Source of the DNA: Paramoeba atlantica
Taxonomy: Eukaryota > Protista > Discosea
Assembly: GCA_977017575.1 (NCBI GenBank)
Contig: CDRNVI010000163.1
Coordinates: 1-64,000, forward strand
Length of the DNA: 64,000 bases
Direction of reading: 5' to 3'
Both the position numbers and the translations under genes were made by a program. Of this stretch, positions 58,158 through 64,000 are shown piece by piece. Within the stretch, counting starts at the first letter, position 1; each line of letters begins with the position of its first letter. A model generated the notes under the pieces. That model did no database searches and was not told where the DNA came from. It worked only from the letters and a program-made list of their open reading frames with translations.

Positions 58158-59070
58158 AAAGCTTTAAATCGCTAAAAAATTGGAGTCTAAACAATCAGGT
58201 TGATCAAATGTTGTTTTGATCCAATTCCAAATGCAATTATAGACATCATTCATACCAGGTAATTGTCTTGAAATCCAAAGCATCTCTCTCAGGAAGGGGA
58301 AGTGCTTGAATCAATCTCAAGGTCCCACCAAGAATTTCAGTTTCATCTTGAGATCCATCAGCAGGCAAGTCAATCACCAAACCCAACACACGACCCAAAT
58401 CATTTACACCAACAATTTCCACAACCTGTGATGTGTAGGAAAAAGAAAAAAGAAAAATGAAATGAAATGAAATATTTCATTCAAAAAATAGCGAGTAGTG
58501 GAGAGAAAATAAAATAACCTGAGTCTTCAGCAAACAATTTACCCAACGACTCGAAGAACACATTGTGTTTGTCGCCCTTTCATCCAACTTTTGCTCTCCA
58601 ACGGTCGGTTCATCAATAAAATCAAGAGTGTCGGTGTAAACTTTCGATTCATACCATACACCTCGATTTTGTCCTTCCCTTTCTTTTTCTCCAACAAAAC
58701 ATCTTTTTGACCATCAACCCAGCCAATCAAAAGGAAGGGAAGTCACTCTTTCCAACCGCATCTTTGTTGATTAATTTTGTTCCCTGTCCACAGAAATTGA
58801 TAAAAAAAAATAGATCTCATACATTCAAATGAACAAACAAAAACAATAAAATTAATAAAAAGTGAAAACTTGAATCGAAACAATAGAAAAATCAATTTCC
58901 TCTGGAGGAGGGAAGTTTTCTTTGCAATATTTTGGTGCCTCCGGGACCTCTTGATCGTCCGCCATTTTCGTTCTGAACGTTCCAACTACTTCCAAAGAAA
59001 GAAAGTAAAAACAACCCCTTCAAAAACTTCTTCTTTCTCCGAATTTTTCTGTCCACCATCTTCCCTGAAA
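57780..59070 (-). pseudogene. LRR receptor-like pseudogene, paralogue of 31560-32900
   Basis: 72-nt exon DLTSNLFEGEIPTEIGEIFKMQN; the next exon LLSQNKFNGTVPS has a 2-nt insertion; upstream exons have stops and frameshifts; possible signal-like first exon near 59070. Confidence 0.62.
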
Positions 59071-59764
59071 ATTCCCTTTTGTGCATTTCGGGACCCCGCG
59101 GATCGAAAAGTGGAAGAAAACCGCTTGTGATAGCTATTCCCTCTCATAGGTTTTTTGTTTTTTTGGAAAAAGTTTGACAACAACGAAGAGCATTGATTCC
59201 TTTCGAAAGATGGTTAAAGTTTGTCGATAATTATGATTTAAGGGGGTTTTATTGTGCAGGAGCGGAGAAGCAGGAAATCAGGAAACAGGAATTGGCAACG
59301 GGAAAATCAGCAAAAGAAGAAGCACTAAGGTGGTTCTTAGAGGATTCGTGTCCAAAGTGTCGCTACGTGATCATTCGTGTCCAGGATGGGGTGAAACGCA
59401 ATCATGACGAAGGGGAAAACAGAAAAAGAAAGAGAAAAGACCAAACGCGGTGCTAAAAGTACGGCGCTAAATTAAAAGCTTGATTTGACTTCGTTTTTCA
59501 GAGGTGGTTTTGTGAGCCTCATTCACAAGTTTGTCGAAAATGGCATGACCCACCAAATTTTCTCCAACTCAACTCCCGAAAGAAAATGAGAAAATAACAA
59601 CGTCACACTCTTTCTGTCGTTGTTGACTACGTGATCGTTTCTGAGGATTCACCCAAAACAGGACCCAAACTGAGAAATTGTTCTCTTCCATCGGTAAAGT
59701 TTTGAGATTGACAGAATACTGAAAATGCAATGACGAAAGAATTTCAATGAGAATGTTGATTTAA

Positions 59765-62591
59765 TCAAAACAAAAGCACAAACAACAAAAACAAAAGAAG
59801 GGTTGGCTCCAAAGAAGAACCAGCACTATCATCACCATCGTCAGAATCAGAATCATCATCATTGGCTTCATAGTCAACAGCACAAACAACATCAGCAGAC
59901 AATCCACAAAACAATGAAAATGAACGCCCAGATTTTATGCCAGTGCAGGAGTACTCTTCTTCTTCATTTTCCCCAAAAATGGTTACTCCCACCCCACCAC
60001 CTTCAGTTTCCTCAAATGATCCCTGAAAAAAAATAAAATTTTCATCAAAATCTTCTGGAACCCAAGTGAAGACATCACCTTCTTCTCGATGCTCAAGTTC
60101 CTTTGGAAAATGTTTTGAGTCACAAGCTTCATCTTCTTCCAATTTTGTCCGCTGAAGCAAATATTTGGGAGAGTTGAAGTTGCATTCTATTCCATCATCA
60201 GAACACAACAACCGGGGTGAGAAAATACCCTCCTCCTCCTCCTCAGGAGAACAAAATGTAGCCAGGAGAGAATCTTCACTATTATCACAATCAAGATCAT
60301 AAGCCCCACAAGCACAGTCACATCCATCATTTCCACCATACCAAACGTCAGGACATGTCCAATCATCTGGAACATCAAAGCCACTGGCATCACGGGCAAG
60401 GGAACAAACACCATTATCAATGCACTGCGCATTGGGTTGGCAATTGAAAACAGGAGCACTTTCATCTTCACAATCAGGATCCATTGCACCACATTCACAA
60501 TCACATCCATCATCCGTGCCATAGAAATCGAGGGGGCAAATCCAGGTGGATGGGATGACCACTATGTCCTCTGTTTTTCAAAAATTTGTCAGCAAGGGAA
60601 AAAAAATGATATCATTCAAAAACAACAACCAACTACCAACCTGGAGGAAGGTCAATACCATAACCACACATCCCAGTCTGCGGATCACACCAGCCCATTG
60701 CTGCCTGATTACATCCAAAAACTGGTTGATCAGCACCATAACAATCTGGATCAATAATTCCACAGTCACAATCACATCCATCACTTGTATCATAAAATGA
60801 CTCATCACAAGTCCAACCAGCTGGAGCGGCCCTCGATGATGGTTTTTGTTTTCTCTTGATCACAGAACTGTTCCCTCCCTCTTCCCCTCTTCCCCTCCTC
60901 CTCTCCTCTGCTCTACCAATCAGGGCAACTGTCTCAGAGTTGATATTTGACTGTTCCTCAAAATAGTCTTGCATTTCTCTTCTTCCACTTAGCTGAATGG
61001 TCCTTGGTTGTCGAATGTATCTAGAGTTTTGTTGGTTAGTTTCTTCTTCTCTCCCTTCTTGTCCTTCTTCATCTTCTCTCCTTTTTTTTATTACCTGCCC
61101 AAATTATGCTTCAAAAAGCAGGTCATTCGCTGTTTCTGGCAGTCAGTGAGCTTGTTATCCTGACCATCACAAGAGATGGCATAGTCCATCAAGTTCATTG
61201 TCCTCTCTGCTTTTGTATTACTTTGTCCCTGACTCTCTGAAAAGCAACGTCCTGATCCTGAAGTTGAAATAAATTAGTTTGTTAAGAATTTTTTTGCAAT
61301 TTTTTTCAAAAGCAACCAGCTCCTTCACATATCGGGGCATAATGGCTCGATTTTGGAGTCGTATCGTGACAAAAATCTCCTACAATAATTGTTTCAAAAA
61401 AATTTTCTTTTAGGTGAAGGAATAAATTCAAAAAACCATTATTGTCACCCAACAGTCCAATGTAGGAATTACACTCTTGGCACTGGTCAAAGTAGGTGTC
61501 ATCGCAAATGCTGCCCTCACAGGAGAAAAAGGGAAATGTCAAGAACGATTGGAGGTTCTCGAAGGTGTGGAGAAGTCCCAGAAGATGCCCCAACTCGTGA
61601 AGGATCGTCCTCTTCAACTGAAGTTTTGTAGAAAATAATTAGTTTGGAATTTTTTACCAAATTTTCTGCAACTTACATTATAATAGTCTCTAATAGGATT
61701 AATCAGAGCAGTTCGTCCATTCTCTGTCAGGCTTTGAGGTGGGAAAAGCAAAGAATGTCCATTCAAGTACCAAGGAATGTTTGCAATGACAACATGGAAC
61801 GTATCCTGAATAGATCGAGGAGGGAAGACCTTGTAAACCTCACTGATGGGATAGAAATTCTTGTACTTGCTTCTTGGGTCAATACACCAACCCTTTAATC
61901 CCCTGGAGTTGCAAAATTAAATAAAGATAAAGATAAAGATAATTTCAAAGTAAAAAAAATAACTCCACTACTTACCTCGTGGCAGCGCCCTTACAACAGG
62001 CTCCGTTATCATAGTCGTATTGGGGTGTATTGCAAATAACATCACAAATCCCATTCTTTAACCAACTATCTGGGCAAACAAGTGGAGGATTATCATCTCG
62101 ATTGTTTCGACGGAAAAAAGAGGGTTCGTCAACGCCATCGCAGTCCCCACCATCAAAAGGATTATAGAAGGAGAGACAATTTGGCTCACACTTTCCATTG
62201 TTCAATTCGTGGAAACAATAGTCACTCAAAAAAACTGGACGATCGAATTTATATGGCCTCCTCTGCTCAAACACTTTGAAATTGATGACTGGGGTGAAGT
62301 AAGCTGGGATGTCAGTTTTCAACCGGTTGACCCAGGTCTAAAGTTGGAGAAATTAGTTTGCAAAGTATTGATTGTTTGGTTGTTATTGAATTTTTTCTGC
62401 AAATTTACCTGGGGAATGATGGGACCATACGCCGTTCTCGGAATGTGAAGGTGGATGACAGCTGGAAGATTCTCTGTGATTGAGAATTTGTTGCGATTGG
62501 TCGCTTGATTACAATAGATATCTCTATATTCATTGGGACAATCGGCAGAGATCATCTTCAAAACAAGAAGGAAGAGGAGAAAGAACTGCAT
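59765..62591 (-). CDS. Secreted, probably GPI-anchored pappalysin-like (M43) zinc metalloprotease with LNR-like and W-C..DGCDC repeats
   Basis: Signal MQFFLLFLLVLKMISA; LNR-like NNGKCEPNC..FDGGDC and KNGICDVICNT..YDNGAC; HELGHLLGLLHTF; GDFCHDT; Met-turn NLMDY..TDCQKQRM; three W.C...Y...DGCDC.CG..D.DC repeats; hydrophobic C-terminus after SAGSS. Confidence 0.85.
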
Positions 62592-62716
62592 GATTTTCAA
62601 AGGGAAACAAATATCAAAAGATCTTTGTTTGTTCGAGGAAAACAAAAAAAGAAGAAAAGAAGGCGTGACACATCAGATGGTGCCGAACATCGATCTTTTT
62701 CCGGAAAAAAGAAATA

Positions 62717-62955
62717 ACCCGCGAATTTTCCGCGGGTACTCAAACCGAAAATTACTAAATAAAGAAAACGTCTAAAAGTTGGGTTTTCTTTATTTAGTAA
62801 TTTCCAGTCGCCTTTTTTCGTTTCCGTGACGGGTCGTGGTAGTGTTTGCGACCCGTCCTCTACCTGTTTTCGGAAGGAATTAGGGGCCCCTTTGGTTTTA
62901 TTTCAACCCTTGGGTCACTCGTTTTCACACAAACTACAATCAACTTCAACAGGTA
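62717..62955. other. Cluster of inverted repeats upstream of the protease gene
   Basis: 7-bp GC stem 62717-62737; perfect 21-bp stem 62749-62769/62783-62803; 9-bp stem 62828-62857; 8-bp pairing 62861-62868/62948-62955. Confidence 0.6.
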
Positions 62956-63502
62956 GGTAAGTATCCCTCTTTCCGGCGTCGACCGTGGGGGCGGTCACCA
63001 TCATCCCTTCGAGTCACTCAATCCTCAACACTTAATAATATCACCAAAATTCAATATTTGAATTATCATTTCAAAAACTATTAAATTATCACTACAAAAA
63101 CCATCCTTTTTTTTCGCCTTGATTCTGCACCTTATATCTTGGTGTTTTTTCTTTTCCCTCTCTGCTCTTAGAGAGAAACGCTACCTCAAAAATACGGCTC
63201 TGGCACTTCGCTTTATTTTATTTGCTCGAACCACAATAAATCTTGGTTTTTGCGCCCTGGAAAAAAGAATTATTTCCAGAACATCTTTCAGAGAATTTAT
63301 TTTTGTAGTTTTTTTGCTTTGAGCCGAATTATTTGAAAGAGAAAGGACAACACGGCAAAAAAGATTTATCACATCCTTGAAAGTAGTTGAAGTTGAAACA
63401 AAGAAAGGGTTATTTTATTCCAAAGTCTCGACTTCTCGACTCCTTTTCTCGAGTCTCGTCTCAAGGGAGTGGGGTCGAGAAGTTCGATTTAAGGGATAAT
63501 AA

Positions 63503-64000
63503 GAAGTTGGTTGATGTCATTTTTGGACACATTATTCACCAGTTCACAAGCAGACCCACCCCAAATGAATTCAGAAGATTTTTAATTTAATATATAAATA
63601 AATAAATAAAAAAAAAGAACAAACAATTTTTGTAATTTGTAAAGGTCAAATAATTCAGAGATGGAACTGTTCCATTGAACTTGTTCTGAGAAAGCAACCT
63701 AAAAAAAAAAAAAATCAATTCAATTCAAAAAAAAAACCGAGGAAAAAAAAAGGAAGGAATAATCACAAACAAATTTTGCATTTTGAAAATTTCTCCAATT
63801 TCTGTTGGAATTTCTCTTTCGAATAAATTAGAAGTTAGATCTCTGCAAAAGAAAGAAAATTAAAAAGTAGAAGAGAAGGTTTGGGAAAGAAGAAGAAGAA
63901 AAAAATCCAAGACAATCAATCACAGATTCGTCCGTATCAAAGTCGGATTGAGGTTAAAAACCAATTTCAAGATTTACCTTTCTTGCCCACAAGAGCTGCA
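63503..64000 (+). repeat. Segmental duplication, copy 2 (runs off the window edge)
   Basis: Begins GAAGTTGGTTGATGTC, which lies inside the last SDR exon of copy 1; it shares the 2-nt LRR frameshift. Confidence 0.93.

Noticed and set aside
62955-62964. ATACTTACCT on the minus strand, identical to the U1 snRNA 5' end
   Set aside because: The downstream sequence lacks the U1-70K loop (GATCACGAAG), the U1A loop (ATTGCAC) and a correctly placed Sm site; it is better read as a plus-strand splice donor.

Overview
This is the left end of a eukaryotic chromosome from an AT-rich, intron-rich protist; an amoebozoan-like lineage is inferred from gene content only. About 98 copies of the TTTAGGG-type telomere repeat (1-688) sit directly on a ~27 kb stack of nested, CpG-decayed transposons. 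The stack can be unpicked with exact target-site duplications (TSDs). A host chromodomain Ty3/Gypsy (A) is interrupted by a 7.9 kb copia-family LTR element with no recognisable pol (itself containing an IS630/Tc1-type transposase), by a 5'-truncated LINE 3' end, and by a second chromo-Gypsy (B). B in turn holds a near-intact Ty1/copia (C) and a second LINE fragment. A pogo-type transposase remnant follows. Both copia-family elements carry a PBS matching the anticodon arm of tRNA-Lys(CUU), implying half-tRNA priming. The gene region (28-64 kb) starts with interaction/defence-type genes: a Crinkler-like NTPase-nuclease-HhH gene, LRR pseudogenes, a ~2130 aa LRR-ANK-Roc-COR-kinase-WD40 (ROCO) gene whose tandem LRR exons differ only at non-synonymous sites and whose kinase contains a B-box insertion, and a head-to-head exon-per-repeat ankyrin gene. 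It continues with an ~11 kb multi-exon 7TM-like surface protein gene, an SDR, a predicted GPI-anchored pappalysin-like M43 protease, and a segmental duplication running off the right edge. All gene models and domain calls were made by eye, without database searches.
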